Assembly: GCA_051294375.1 (NCBI GenBank)
Contig: CM119264.1
Coordinates: forward strand, 32,108-66,220
DNA length: 34,113 nucleotides
Source of the DNA: Paraspadella gotoi
Lineage: Eukaryota; Animalia; Chaetognatha
Direction of reading: 5' to 3'
Part shown: positions 21,945 through 34,113 of the stretch, in pieces
Position numbering within the stretch: position 1 is the first letter of the stretch
How the letters are laid out: the number at the start of each line of letters is the position of its first letter
Program-made: the position numbers and the translations under genes
Notes under the pieces: model-generated
What the model was told of the DNA's origin: nothing
Databases searched by the model: none
What the model saw: only the letters and a program-made list of their open reading frames with translations

Positions 21945-22195
21945 TTATTTAATCAAAAAATCAATCAAGTTATCGACATTATTATTGTCGTCATCAACAT
22001 CGTCGTCGTTGCTTTTGTCGTGGCCAGTGACGAAAAGACCTAAAAACAAACATTTCGGATCAAATTAATTAATTTATTAATTAAATTATTATTTTAGTTT
22101 ATATAGTTTGTATTAATTAATTAATTACCGCTAATGATAGTGGGCAGATCCGACATTGTTTGCTCAAACTTTTTTTGGAACATGTCAACCCGCAT
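21945..22195 (-). CDS. Possible small two-exon ORF or gene 3' end with acidic tail
   Basis: Exons 22195-22129 and 22039-21945 joined across an 89-nt GTAATT...TTTGTTTTTAG intron stay in frame: MRVDMFQKKFEQTMSDLPTIISGLFVTGHDKSNDDDVDDDNNNVDNLIDFLIK*. Confidence 0.3.
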
Positions 22196-23022
22196 ATATT
22201 AATTTGTTATGTGGGGTGACTAGAGACTAATTGCTACCAACAACAAAAGTGTAGACAAAGTGAAGAGAAAGTCACGCCTAATGGTAATGAGTAAAAAATT
22301 TTAAAAAATACAAAATACAAGGTGTTAAACAAAGCTATTTTTAAAGCTTTAATTATATTTATAGCTGTTGTTATCTCATTGATAATATTTAAAATAATAT
22401 TTCTTAATACTAGTATCTTTTGTTTTACTTATCTGCCTCTATTTAATAAATGAACAACGTTGTTAACAAGGTAAATAAAAAAGCTGGCATCATTTCATTA
22501 GATCTTGAGCCTGTGACTAAAAGGTACCTTTTTTATCTGTGTCCTTGTTTTTAATCTGATTATAAATTCTGATGACTTTATCTGATCCTAATTGTTCGTA
22601 TTTCTCAATTAACATTAGTAAGCATTTATTACTAAATTCGGCAACCTGGCTTTTATCCACACTGGTGAGTCCTTCCTACGAACCAGTCTCTGCCAACCTT
22701 TTGAAACCCTGCCTTAGTTCTGTTTATAACCGCGACGGCTCCCTCGTATCGTCTCCGCCTTTCCAAAAATTTAATATTTTATAATTATAAAATATAATCT
22801 AAAATAGTAGAACAGGTTTTTTATTAAATTTGTATCGATTACTATTTGTGAACTTACATGGAAGTCACCCATGAGGCCCCCCAAAAAATATTTAGTATCA
22901 CTTTCTTCTGTTTCTCTTTTCCTGTAATGTCACGAGAAATACACATGATAAAGGAGTCACTGTGGCGCAACACATTTGAATTACCGTTCTTCTTCTCTAT
23001 TTTTTTTCACTTTTATCTTAAT

Positions 23023-23098
<76 letters not shown>

Positions 23099-23177
23099 TT
23101 TACACTTGTATGTGGTTATAAATAAAACTAAGGATCCATAAATAGCGAAAAAGGGCAAGATTTATTCTCTGGTTTAG

Positions 23178-23226
<49 letters not shown>

Positions 23227-23382
23227 AGAGAGAGAGAGCCTTTCGTTAGCAGCATCAGGGTTTCTTGTTGTCGTTGTTGTGATCAAGTGAATCTCTGACA
23301 AACTTAATTCTCACTAAAAGAGACACTCAACGTTGAGTCGGCAGAAGTGGCTAAAAATTTTGTGAAGAACAACCTCTGCCTC

Positions 23383-23432
<50 letters not shown>

Positions 23433-24010
23433 ATTTCTAACTTTCGTTTTGTTTAATGTCCCTGAAGTCCATCGAATTTAAGTTTAAAAAAATGATCATT
23501 TTAAAAGAATTCCATAATTATATTTTTAAAAATAAATATTTCCCGATTTTAATTTAGTAATGTTTAACAGAACTTTTGTTTATACTTAATCTTAGACCGA
23601 GCGAACTATGACTTATCCTGCCCTCTAACAGGATTCCTCAATTTTAGCTCAACTTTTGTTTCTTAAACTTTAATATATTTTAAAAGAAAAGAAATTAAAT
23701 TAAATTAAAGAAAATAAATTAAATTAAAGAAATTAAATTAAATTAAATTACATAAAATGAAAAAAAATTATGAAAAAAATAAAAATTGATATAAATACTA
23801 TAAATAATTTTTTATCTATTAAAATATATATATATATATCTCTCTCTCTCTTTTTCTCTCTCTCTTTCTCTTTCTTTCTTATCACACATCATCTCATCGT
23901 CGTAAACTTTATATAATCTGCGTTTTGTGTTATTGATTTCTAAAATCTGATTGAAAATTTAACTTTTAAATCCATTTGGAAAAATAGCTTATCTTAGTAA
24001 AAAACTAATC

Positions 24011-24203
24011 GAGATAGATAGATAGGCGCTAAGTGTGCTGAAGATGACCATCCGTAATAATATAACCCCCTCGAGGAGCCATGGAACAGCTTACGGCTTA
24101 TGGCCGTCCTCACACTTATCGCAGGGTTGGCAGCGGGTTGGGATTGAACCCGGTACCTAGTGGTCATAAGCTGATGACTTTACTCAATGAGCCACCGGGT
24201 CAC
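24011..24203 (-). mobile_element. tRNA-derived SINE, near full length
   Basis: Minus strand: A-box-like TGGCTCATTGAG, B box GGTTCAATCCC at tRNA spacing, ~110 nt body, short (CTAT)n tail. Homologous to the element at 31531-32800. Confidence 0.8.
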
Positions 24204-24812
24204 GACCGAAGTTGCCATGCTTAGAGGCGGGGTGAACTTTGTTATGCCCGTCTACTGATACAGTGGAGGACGGAATTTTTAGTGATAAATAATTCGAGAC
24301 CAAAGTAAAATGAATTTGAATTTATTTTAGCGTAACATCGAAGGAGAAAATGTGCGAGGGAATAAAATAACAATGACTTTTATCTGAACTTTGTTATGAA
24401 AGTAGGAATGTGAAAGGGAATGGAATTTTAGGCCGAGAAATATTATTTACATTTTTGTAATTCCAGAATTCTCTCTTTCAATCTTCATTATACATGAATA
24501 TAGTATTTTTGTCTCATTTTTTAAATTTTTTTCACTTTTTTGAGCAAGAATATTTTATATGAAAGCTTTAAAAATGACAAATTAAGGTAAAAGATAACAT
24601 TAATGTCGTCAATATTTCACTTTAATAAAAATTCAAGTATGTAAACAGCTAATGAATTTGAGGTTACGCGAGGTGGTCAACTAACCTGGCAATTTAATAA
24701 TGTCGCTTTTACATAAGTTTAAACATAGAATCTTTTAATAAAATCCAGCTTAAATTCGTTTTTACGTTTAAAAAAGGACTCTCCGTATTGTAGAAAGTAA
24801 GAAACTCCTTTT

Positions 24813-24975
24813 CTAATGGTTAATGATGGTTGACGATGGTTAATGATGGTTAATAATGGTTATTAATGGTTAATAATGGTTAATAATGATTAAATATGGT
24901 TATTAATGGTATATAATGGTTATTTATGGTTAATAATGGTTAATGATGGTTAATAATGGTTAATGAATGTTAACG
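24813..24975. repeat. 10-bp tandem repeat (TAATAATGGT)n, about 15 units
   Basis: Direct reading. Confidence 0.95.
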
Positions 24976-25259
24976 ATTGAAAGGAAAAATAAAAAAAGAA
25001 AACGAAGAGAAAAAATTTGGGAATTTTGAAAAAAAAATTGTGAAAAGCGAAACTAATTCGTGAAATTTCAGACGTGAGAAGTTTAAGTGCTGAGGGTAAT
25101 GAAAGCAGCGGCGGAGGCGGAGGCGGCAGCGGCAGCGGCAGCGGCAGCGGAGGGTACGCCCATTACGCTGCTGTACCGCATCACTTGCGTTAAAATGAGA
25201 AATCGAATTTAAAAATGTTAAAGTCTTAAACTTAAGTCTTAAGTTCTTTTTTTTTTAAA

Positions 25260-25330
25260 CTTAATCTTAATCTTTAAATCTTAATCTTAATCTTAATCTT
25301 AATCTTAATCTTAATCTTAATCTTAATCTT
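25260..25330. repeat. (TTAATC)n microsatellite
   Basis: Direct reading. Confidence 0.95.
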
Positions 25331-25449
25331 TAAATTGTATCCTTTTGTCATAATTTTCATTTTTTTCTCATAATTTTTTCCTTAATCCCTCATTCTTTAT
25401 TCCATCTGACCATTTTTCTATAAATCGTTTACAATTACCTTAAAATCGA

Positions 25450-25483
<34 letters not shown>

Positions 25484-25569
25484 GCTCTAGCCATAATTGT
25501 TTATTGCTTAAGATGTTCCTAAATTATTAATACCAATGTATTTGCTAATTCCATCATACGTTATAATAT

Positions 25570-25575
25570 TCATCG

Positions 25576-25643
<68 letters not shown>
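25570..25643. repeat. Compound (ATC)n(GTC)n microsatellite
   Basis: Direct reading. Confidence 0.95.
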
Positions 25644-25644
<1 letters not shown>

Positions 25645-25708
25645 GGGCTTCTATCTTCACAAGAATTATCGTGACGAGAATTTCAACTAATTTCTTTTCG
25701 TCTCCAAA

Positions 25709-25826
<118 letters not shown>

Positions 25827-26460
25827 GTTTCGGAAGATTAAACGGGGTATTTTTCCCCCATGGTTCCAACGGGCACCAATGAGGTAGGCAAATGAAAAGC
25901 AGATGGAAGTTTGGATCGAGAAGACAATTTTAATTAAGCAAAATGATTAAAACTCTACGAATCAAACACATTTATTAAAATTAGCATATTATATACTCGG
26001 CTTTTTTACGGTGGTATTCAAAATTATGTTCCCTTATAATTTTTTTATGTTTTGAACTTCGGATAAGAAACACTTTACAAACGAAAGGAATTTCGTTACT
26101 CTTTTAAAAAATGAAACTCAAAACTTGTTCACATTCAAATGCACTTAATCTTTTGTTTAGATTAAACTTTTTTTTAAACACGCTGCAATAGTTTCAAAGT
26201 ACACATTTTTTAAAATCATCGAAAAAATGTTTTTACATTGTAATACATATGTAATATCAATTTTTTAATAGCGAAACTTTTGCACCAAAAATAAAAAAAA
26301 AAACACAAGAAAAGAATTAATAAAAAAACCGACATTTTTTTAAAATTCAGTCTTTGACTTTCAAATGATTTTTTCTGATTTTTTTTTCAAAGAAGCCATA
26401 ATTTTTCGGGGCTTTTAACAAAAGAAGCTACTACCAACATCGTTTTCCTCAAAACTTTTG

Positions 26461-26528
<68 letters not shown>

Positions 26529-26748
26529 CTTAAGTTTTTTTTTCTCACGATTTCTCTTTGTATTTGTTGTTCGGTAGTGGGAGGGGAAAAAGAGAGAGCG
26601 AGAGAGAGCGAGAGAGAGAGAGAGAGTGGCAACAAATGAGAAAAAGGTCCTCATTAGAGGCGTTTCTCTTTTCCTCCTTCTTCTCTTTCCTTTCGAAAAG
26701 GAGGAAAAAGGAGGAAGGAAAGAACTTATTTCTTTAAATGTTTTAATG

Positions 26749-26798
<50 letters not shown>

Positions 26799-26895
26799 GA
26801 TAAAGTGGAAAAAACTATCAAAGATGCAAATAAATCGCTAATGGAAAGGGCCGCTTTTTTTTCTCAGTTCTAGATGAATAGTGAGAGTAATAGAA

Positions 26896-26940
<45 letters not shown>

Positions 26941-27739
26941 AAGGAAGGGAAAGGATATCTATTAAGGCGGACCAGAATTTAACATTTTTTACATTATGAA
27001 AAAGTCTGCAATAAAATTATTTTGTCCTTTTACAACCAAATTAATTATGATGTTAGATTTTGATTAAATTAATTTTTCTCATGCATGGAAGCATTTAAAT
27101 ACAATATATAAGAAATGCTTAAAAAATTTTTAGGAATTTTACACTTTTAAAAATGGATTCTGATAAAGATTAAAAAGTTAGATAAAGGTTAGTACTAAAA
27201 ATTAAAAAAGAAAAATGAAAAATGGGCAAAAATTTAAAAATAAACTTTAAAAAAATAAACATCATCATCATCATCATCATTCATTAATTTTTATAGTTTT
27301 TGTTAATTTTCATAGAAAAATCATTAAAATTTTTAAAAGTTGTAATACTAACCTTCATCTAACTAAAAAAAAATTACAAATTGTTAAAAAATAATGTTGA
27401 CATTATATAGTATTTGAATAATATAAAATAGCTTCCATGCGTTTAACTATGAAATAAATCTTAATTTATTTTTTTGTTTTAACGATCTTTAATAAACACA
27501 TTAACAATATTTATATCGGACTTCAGTTAGTTTGTAACCTATTACGAGTACTCGCGCAGCAACTCTATAAGTCACTTTTCGGTCGATCGATCTGTCGATA
27601 TGTCGGTATTTCTGTCAATTGGGCCAAGCAATTGCTTGGATTTGGCCAAGCTGCCAGTTAATCATCAATGATCTTTTTTACTTTCGGTCTCAACTCAAAA
27701 TTGTTCCCTTGTGACTCATGAGGAAGAAGTCTGTAAAAC

Positions 27740-28160
27740 GGGGAGACGGGGAAGGGAGAGAGGGAGAGAAGGAGGAGAGAGGGAGAAAGAGAGGTAGAGA
27801 GAGGGAGGGAAGGAGGGGAGAGGGAGAAAGATAGGAGAGGACGGAGGGAGGAGGGGAGAGGGAGAGAGGGAGAGAAGGAGGAGAAGCGAGAAAGAGAGGT
27901 AGAGAGAGGGAGGGAAGGAGGGGAGAGGAGAGAGGTAGAGAGAGGGAGAGAAGGAGGGGAGAGGGAGATAGGAGAAAAGGAGGAGAGAGGGAGAAGAGAG
28001 GTAGAGAGAGGGAGGAAGGAGGGGAGAGGGAGAGAGGGGGAGAAAAGGAGGGAAAGAGGGAAGGTAGAAGGGGGAGAGAAGGAGGGGAGAGAGAGAAAGG
28101 TAGTGAGAGAGGGATAGGGAGAAAGGGAGGAAAGGAGAGAGAGGAAGAGGGGGAGCAGGA
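27740..28160. repeat. Polypurine low-complexity tract with internal GAGAAAGAGAGGTAGAGAGAGGGAGG repeats
   Basis: Almost only A/G; the AGAGGTAGAGAGAGGGAG motif recurs four times. Confidence 0.9.
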
Positions 28161-28385
28161 GAATATTTGAAAAGAGAGAAAATAAAGATGAAGGGAAAGA
28201 AAAATCAAAAACTTTTGACTTTACAAAGACGACGACGACGATGATGACGACGACGACAACGACGACAACGACGACAACGACGATGATTCAAATCGATAAA
28301 ATCAAAGTTGGAAAATCGTTTTGTTTTCTTGAGAAAATAAAAGGAGAATTAAGATTCTTAAAAGGGAAGTTTAAGGAAATTTGTG

Positions 28386-28457
<72 letters not shown>

Positions 28458-28689
28458 GAGAGAGAGTTGGGTGTTTGAAATTTTAGGGCGACTGGAAATG
28501 TCCTCATTATTTGAGCCGAACTCGTACGAGGCCGTTTTTCCGTTTTCTTTCTTTTTTTCTTTTTTTCTTTTTTCTATTTTTTTTTTTAGTAAATTTTTTT
28601 TTCATTTAATTTGTTTTTTTTTAATTGTTTCTTTTTTTTATTCGCTTTCTTTCTTTGTTTCACATTTCAGGTTTATTTCCATTCAACCC

Positions 28690-28703
28690 TGCCGTCGCCG
28701 CCG

Positions 28704-28738
<35 letters not shown>

Positions 28739-28859
28739 CGCCGCCGCCAAAAGAAAATAAAAGGAAAGAAAGAATGAAAGAAAGAAAAAAGAAAGAAAGA
28801 ATGAAAAAAGAAATAAAGAAAGAAAGATAGAAGGAAGAAAGAAAGAAAGAAAGAAAAAA

Positions 28860-28938
<79 letters not shown>

Positions 28939-28940
28939 GG
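28690..28940. repeat. (CCG)n followed by (AAAG)n microsatellites
   Basis: Direct reading. Confidence 0.95.
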
Positions 28941-29429
28941 AGAAAGAACGAGCAATTTATGACAGGATGTGACACAAGGTCGCTCGACCTTCTTTGACGA
29001 TTTAGAGGCTGAGGGACAAATTGTGCAAAGGAGGTCACTGATAGAGTGGCGGTCAATGACAGAGGGGAAAAGGGGGAAGTGATAAGAGAGGTAGTGATAG
29101 GGTAAAAATGGATTGAGATAGAGGGGAAGTGATAGAGGTTAAGGGGTTGAAATCAGGTTGATGATGGGTTTAAAACCTAAAATTAGAAATAGAGTCAAAT
29201 GTGTTATTTTTTTCTTAAATTTTAATGACAATTATTTATCTAAGCGTCTGTCGCTGTTAAGTAAAGATTTTTGCTCAATTTATTGATTCGACATTTAACA
29301 AAACTTCTTTTCATATTGTTGGTGACAAAATAGACATTTCACGATCGCGTAGCCATTTTAAGTGCCGCGGCTTCTTAGATGACCCACTTCCATCAAGTTT
29401 CCTTCTCAATGAAATATACTTTCTGATTG

Positions 29430-29640
29430 CCATTTTCTGGCCACAATTCAGAACACCGATAACCTTCATTCTTTGAGCCATTTTCTAGCCACACAGCGTC
29501 CTTCTGGCTACAAATCTGCACACTGATAACCTACATTATCTCGCCATGCAGTTTCCTTTGGGCCACAATTTTACTTATCAATAACTTTCATTCAGCCAGC
29601 CATTATTTAGCCATGTAGCTTCTATCTGGCCACAATTCTT
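29430..29640. repeat. Degenerate tandem repeat of ~55-70 bp (GGCCACAATT...ATAACCTTCATT...GCCA), 3-4 units
   Basis: GGCCACAATT-like motif at ~29439, ~29506, ~29562, ~29628, each of the first three followed by ATAAC(C/T)T(T/A)CATT. Confidence 0.6.
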
Positions 29641-29981
29641 CTTTTCTCTTTGAAACCTTTTTCTTTCCCATTTTCATCTCTTATTTTCTGATACCATCGT
29701 CTATTTCCTAATACGGTATCCCATTTTCCAACACCGTGTCCCATTTCCCACCCTCTTCCGGTTCAGGAGCCAAAAAGAGAACATTTTTTTTTATTCCGGG
29801 GAAACCGTTTTTCCCCGCGCGACCATAAACGGGTGGCGGCGGCGGCGGCGTGGGCGGCGCTGACGGGAGGCAGCAGCGGCGGTGGGGCGGCCGCGAAGGC
29901 AGAGGCGGCGGCGGGAGGCGGCAGCAACGGCGGGGCGGCAGGAGAGGCGGAGGCGTCTCGGTCATTTGTTTGTTTGCTCCT

Positions 29982-30036
29982 CGGAGATGTTTGGAGTACG
30001 AAGACGACGACGACGACGCGGACGATGATGAGGACG

Positions 30037-30080
<44 letters not shown>

Positions 30081-31680
30081 GACAACGACAACGACGACGA
30101 CGTTGGACAAAATCAATATGTTTGCAACATTGATGATGTTAGTATATGTTAAGATTGATAACAATTTTGATTACAAAAAATATAAAAATATTTATAATAA
30201 TAATAAAATAGAATAACTAAAATATCAAGTTTGGTACATAAAGAAATTTACTCATAACTACATGACAACAAAGAGATTTTAATTCGATAAGTTTGTCAGT
30301 CTATATGTCAAACTGTCTCTCTGTCTCTCTGTCTTTCTGCCTGGCATAAATTATTACGCCGAATGGCGAGATGTCATTTATAAAATTGGTACAACCAATA
30401 TAAAAATTATCCATTCATTTAATAAATAAGCTATCTTGCCCATGACTTTGGACAGGCTTTGGTGGTTTAAGGCCTCCATCACTCTTACAAGATAATTACA
30501 TAAGAAGGTCCCTGCAAGCTTTTAATCAAGACTCTCTCACAGTCCCGTTTATTCACTCCCATATAAGTTATTTTTGTAACTTTTTAAAGGTTTAATATTC
30601 GGGTTGTGTAATATGTTCATTGAACATTGTTCAACTCGCCTATAAGCTTGATACCTTCAGTTGTGACCCGATGGAATTCAGTAAGATCATCAGCTCATGA
30701 CCATTAGGTACCGGGATCGATCGAGATTGATCCCCAATGGTTCTGACCAAGATAGATCCCCAATAGTTCCGACCGAGATCGATCCCCAATGGTTCTGACC
30801 GAGATCGATCNNNNNNNNNNNNNNNNNNNNNNNNNCGGAGGATGTTGTGGCAGTACGAAGACGACGACGACGACGCGGACGATGATGAGGACGACGACAA
30901 CGACAACGACACGACAACGACAACGACAACGACAGACGACAACGACAACGACAACGACGACGACGTTGGACAAAATCAATATGTTTGCAACATTGATGAT
31001 GTTAGTATATGTTAAGATTTGATAAACAATTTTGATTACAAAAAATATAAAACAAATATTTATAATAATAATAAAATAGAATAACTAAAATATCAAGTTT
31101 GTACATAAAGAAATTACTCATAACTACATGACAACCAAGAGATTTAATTCGATAAGTTTGTCAGTCTATATGTCAAACTGTCTCTTCTGTCTCTCTGTCT
31201 TTCTGCCTGGCATAAATTATTACGCCGAATGGCAGAGATGTCATTATTAAAATTGGTACAACCATATAAAAAATTATTCATTTCATTTAATAATAAGCTA
31301 TCTTGCCCATGACTTTGGACAAGCTTTGGTGGTTTAAGGCCTCCATCACTCTTACAAGATAATTACATAGAAAGGTCCCTGCAAGCTTTTAATCAAGACT
31401 CTCTCACAGTCCCGTTTATTCACTCCCATATAAGTTATTTTTGTAACTTTTTAAAGGTTTAATAATCGGGGTTGTGTAATATGTTCAGTTGAACATTGTT
31501 CAACTCGCCTATAAGCTTGATACTTCAGTTGTGACCCGATGCGAATTCAGTAAGATCATCAGCTCATGACCATTAGGTACCGGATCGATCGAGATTGATC
31601 CCCAATGGTTCTGACCAAGATAGATCCCCAATAGTTCCGACCGAGATCGATCGCCCAATGGTTCTGACCGAGATCGATAC
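29982..31680 (+). repeat. Direct duplication 29982-30810 / 30836-~31680 around a 25-N gap (probable assembly overlap)
   Basis: Near-identical sequence restarts immediately after the gap; differences are mostly small indels. Confidence 0.9.
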
Positions 31681-32800
31681 CCCAATGATTCCGACCGAGA
31701 TATCGATCCTCCCAATGGTTGTCTGACCAAGATCGAGCATCATGCCCCCTCATTATTGGTCCACTCATGGTGGGGATACGCGTATCTTCACTGTCACATC
31801 GATGACTGCACGATACTCATTATATCTGCTACGCCTTACAGTTCTGCATCCACACGCATCCCCTCCCCGGCTCATGTTATCGGCTCCTATCTGTACACGA
31901 TGCCCGATCCCTGCCAAATGGGCCTGTTTATTTGGCCAATCTCCGTCACGTACGAAGTTTCTGACGGCAGATCGATCTCACCTAACTCCCAATTCGGTTT
32001 CTGACCGTCGAGATCGCATTCCCAAATCATTCCACCCAGCAGATCGCACATCCCAATGGTTCTGACTCAATATCAATCCCCAATGATTCCGACCGCAGAT
32101 CGATCCCCAATGGTTTCTGACCAAGACTCGATCCTCCAATCGGTTCCTGTACCGAGCCATCGCTCCCCCAATGTGTTCTGACGACGATCGATTCCCCAAT
32201 AGGTTCTGACCAAGATGCAATCCCCAATGGTTCTTACCGAGATCCGCATCCCCAATAGTTTCCAACCCGAGTTTGATGGATCCACCAAATGTTTTTCTGA
32301 CCCCTACAGATCGATCCCCACAATGGATCCGCACCCAAGATTGATCCCCCCAAAGGTTTCTTGATCCGATGGACGACCAAGATCGATCCCTAAAGGTTCC
32401 GACCGAGATCGATCTCCAATGGTTCTGACCGAGATCGATCCCCAATGGTTCCTACCAAGATCAATCCCCAATGGTTTCTAACAAGATCGATCCCCAATGG
32501 TTCTGACCGAGATTGATCCCCAATGATTCCGACCGAGATCGATCCCCAATGGTTCTGACCGAGATCAATCCCCAATGGTTCCGACCGAGATCAATCCCCA
32601 ATGGTTCTGACCGAGATCGATCCCCAATGGTTCCGAGCGAGATCGATCCCCAATGGTTCCGACCAAGATCGATCCCCAATGATTCCGACCTAGATCGATC
32701 CCCAATGGTGCCTGCCCTGAGAGAAGCGTGAGGACGGCTGTAAACAGCTTTGGGGCTTTAACAAATTATTAATAGTACTCTTCAGCCCACTTATTTATCA
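31531..32800 (+). mobile_element. tRNA(Met-like)-derived SINE split by an internal minisatellite (head also at 30663-30720)
   Basis: Head GTGACCCG...TCATCAGCTCATGACCATTAGGTACCGG matches the 24203 SINE head. Body CCCTGAGAGAAGCGTGAGGACGGC (21/24) and TCTTCAGCCCACTTA (14/15) match its body. Confidence 0.8.
31591..32709 (+). repeat. 26-bp minisatellite GAGATCGATCCCCAATGGTT(C/T variants)GACC, roughly 43 units by length
   Basis: Clean units at 31591-31700 and 32400-32709; degraded centre at 31740-32400. Confidence 0.9.
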
Positions 32801-32991
32801 AACAGATTACTTCTTCAAGACTGATCTTTGTGTATTATTTCACTCCCTCTCTTTAGAGACGGGATTTCATTGTCGTCGAGGCGTCGTCGTCGTCGTCGTC
32901 GTCGTCATCATCTCATCTCATCCTTTTTACTTCTTTCATGTTTCTCTTTCTCATTTTAAAGAAAATTTAGGGCAAATAAACCTCCCGGTAT

Positions 32992-33045
<54 letters not shown>

Positions 33046-33604
33046 CAAACTGTGTCTCTCTCTCAAAAGTCGTTCTGCTCCGACATCAGATGCTTTGATG
33101 GAGCAACAAACAGCTTTTCCCATTTTTTTGTTTGATCTTCAAACTGGCGACTTTTTGTGACGCATCCAACACATTAAGCGCACCTGGCCAATAAAAGCGA
33201 CTGCCAGAAAAAAAAGCAAGATAAAGCATCTTCCTTGGAAAAAGGATTTGCCTAAAAAGCAAAAAAAGCATAAAGGCGGAAAAAAGGAAGCAAAAGCATC
33301 TTCCTTAGTAATAAAGCAAACTGAAAAGCATTTGCCAAAAGAAGGACTAAAAGAAGGTGTGTGGCTTCTATCGGTTCTCAAGCCAACTTTCTCCACTCAT
33401 TGTCAAGGCCTATCTTAACTGATCAATATAAAATTTTAATACATAAAAAGTTTTAGTATTTTCTACTCAACTAATTTTTAAAATCAATAAAATAACCACT
33501 GGTTTGCAAATGACAGCATATTTCTACCGGCGCTTGTAAAATTGTCACCATGTATTTGGTTGCATCAAAATAATTAGTTGCAGCTCGTGTTTCGGAAAAA
33601 GGAA

Positions 33605-33658
<54 letters not shown>

Positions 33659-33756
33659 CTCTCCCTCTCTAATGCAAAGAAAAATTATAAATTAAACATA
33701 TTTAGGTTAAAGTCAAGGGCAAAAAAGAGGCCAGCTCAAAGAAACGACAAAAAAAA

Positions 33757-33822
<66 letters not shown>

Positions 33823-33936
33823 TCTTGAGAGATGAGAGCAGCAAGACGAAAGTGGAGGAAATGATGGACTCGATCAAACGACTCTGGCGAGAAAAGAAAA
33901 AGAGCGAAGTGAGAAGAGGAGGAGAGAGAAAGAGAG

Positions 33937-33991
<55 letters not shown>

Positions 33992-34113
33992 AGACTACCG
34001 GATTTAATAGGCAGAGATTCGAAAAAAAATTTTAAATTATGTTTAATCTCGTTCTTGTTTGTTATTTTTATTGTAATTGTAATTATTATTTTTATTTTAT
34101 TGAACAGAAAAAT

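Noticed and set aside
24813-24975. Telomere-like repeat
   Set aside because: The 10-bp AT-rich unit matches no telomeric motif I recognise; ordinary minisatellite.
30720-32709. CRISPR-like array or repeat protein (NHWGSI ORFs)
   Set aside because: Units are contiguous with no unique spacers, 26 bp is not a multiple of three, the context is eukaryotic, and there are no cas genes.
33086-33396. Hydrophobic minus-strand ORFs with a repeated AAAGCATCTTCCTT motif
   Set aside because: The composition follows from A-rich low complexity and a short degenerate duplication; no recognisable protein.

Overview
Repeat-rich, AT-rich eukaryotic (probably invertebrate animal) scaffold segment. It has a long N gap, four 25-N gaps and long stretches of indel-noisy sequence, as expected where gaps were filled with uncorrected long reads. 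Most of 1-20.6 kb is one locus represented two to three times: 6982-13330 and 13579-20650 in direct orientation, and 477-3647 inverted, of which 1045-3647 reads as the exact reverse complement of 13579-16181. That locus holds a Ty3/Gypsy integrase fragment followed by a gag-like segment, and a spliced ankyrin-repeat gene with a probable signal-peptide exon. The best finding is a ~220 bp insertion (3712-3930, second copy 16803-17032, absent at the homologous site ~10402). It consists of a tRNA-like Pol III head fused directly to a sequence that folds as a circularly permuted (type-P5) twister self-cleaving ribozyme, i.e. a candidate twister-carrying SINE or retrozyme-like element. The second half of the window has a TTAA-flanked MITE-like element, a tRNA-derived SINE (24011-24203, minus strand), and a relative of that SINE whose B-box region has been amplified into a ~1.1 kb 26-bp minisatellite. 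Most ORFs in the supplied track are microsatellite artefacts. All alignments and folds were made by eye.
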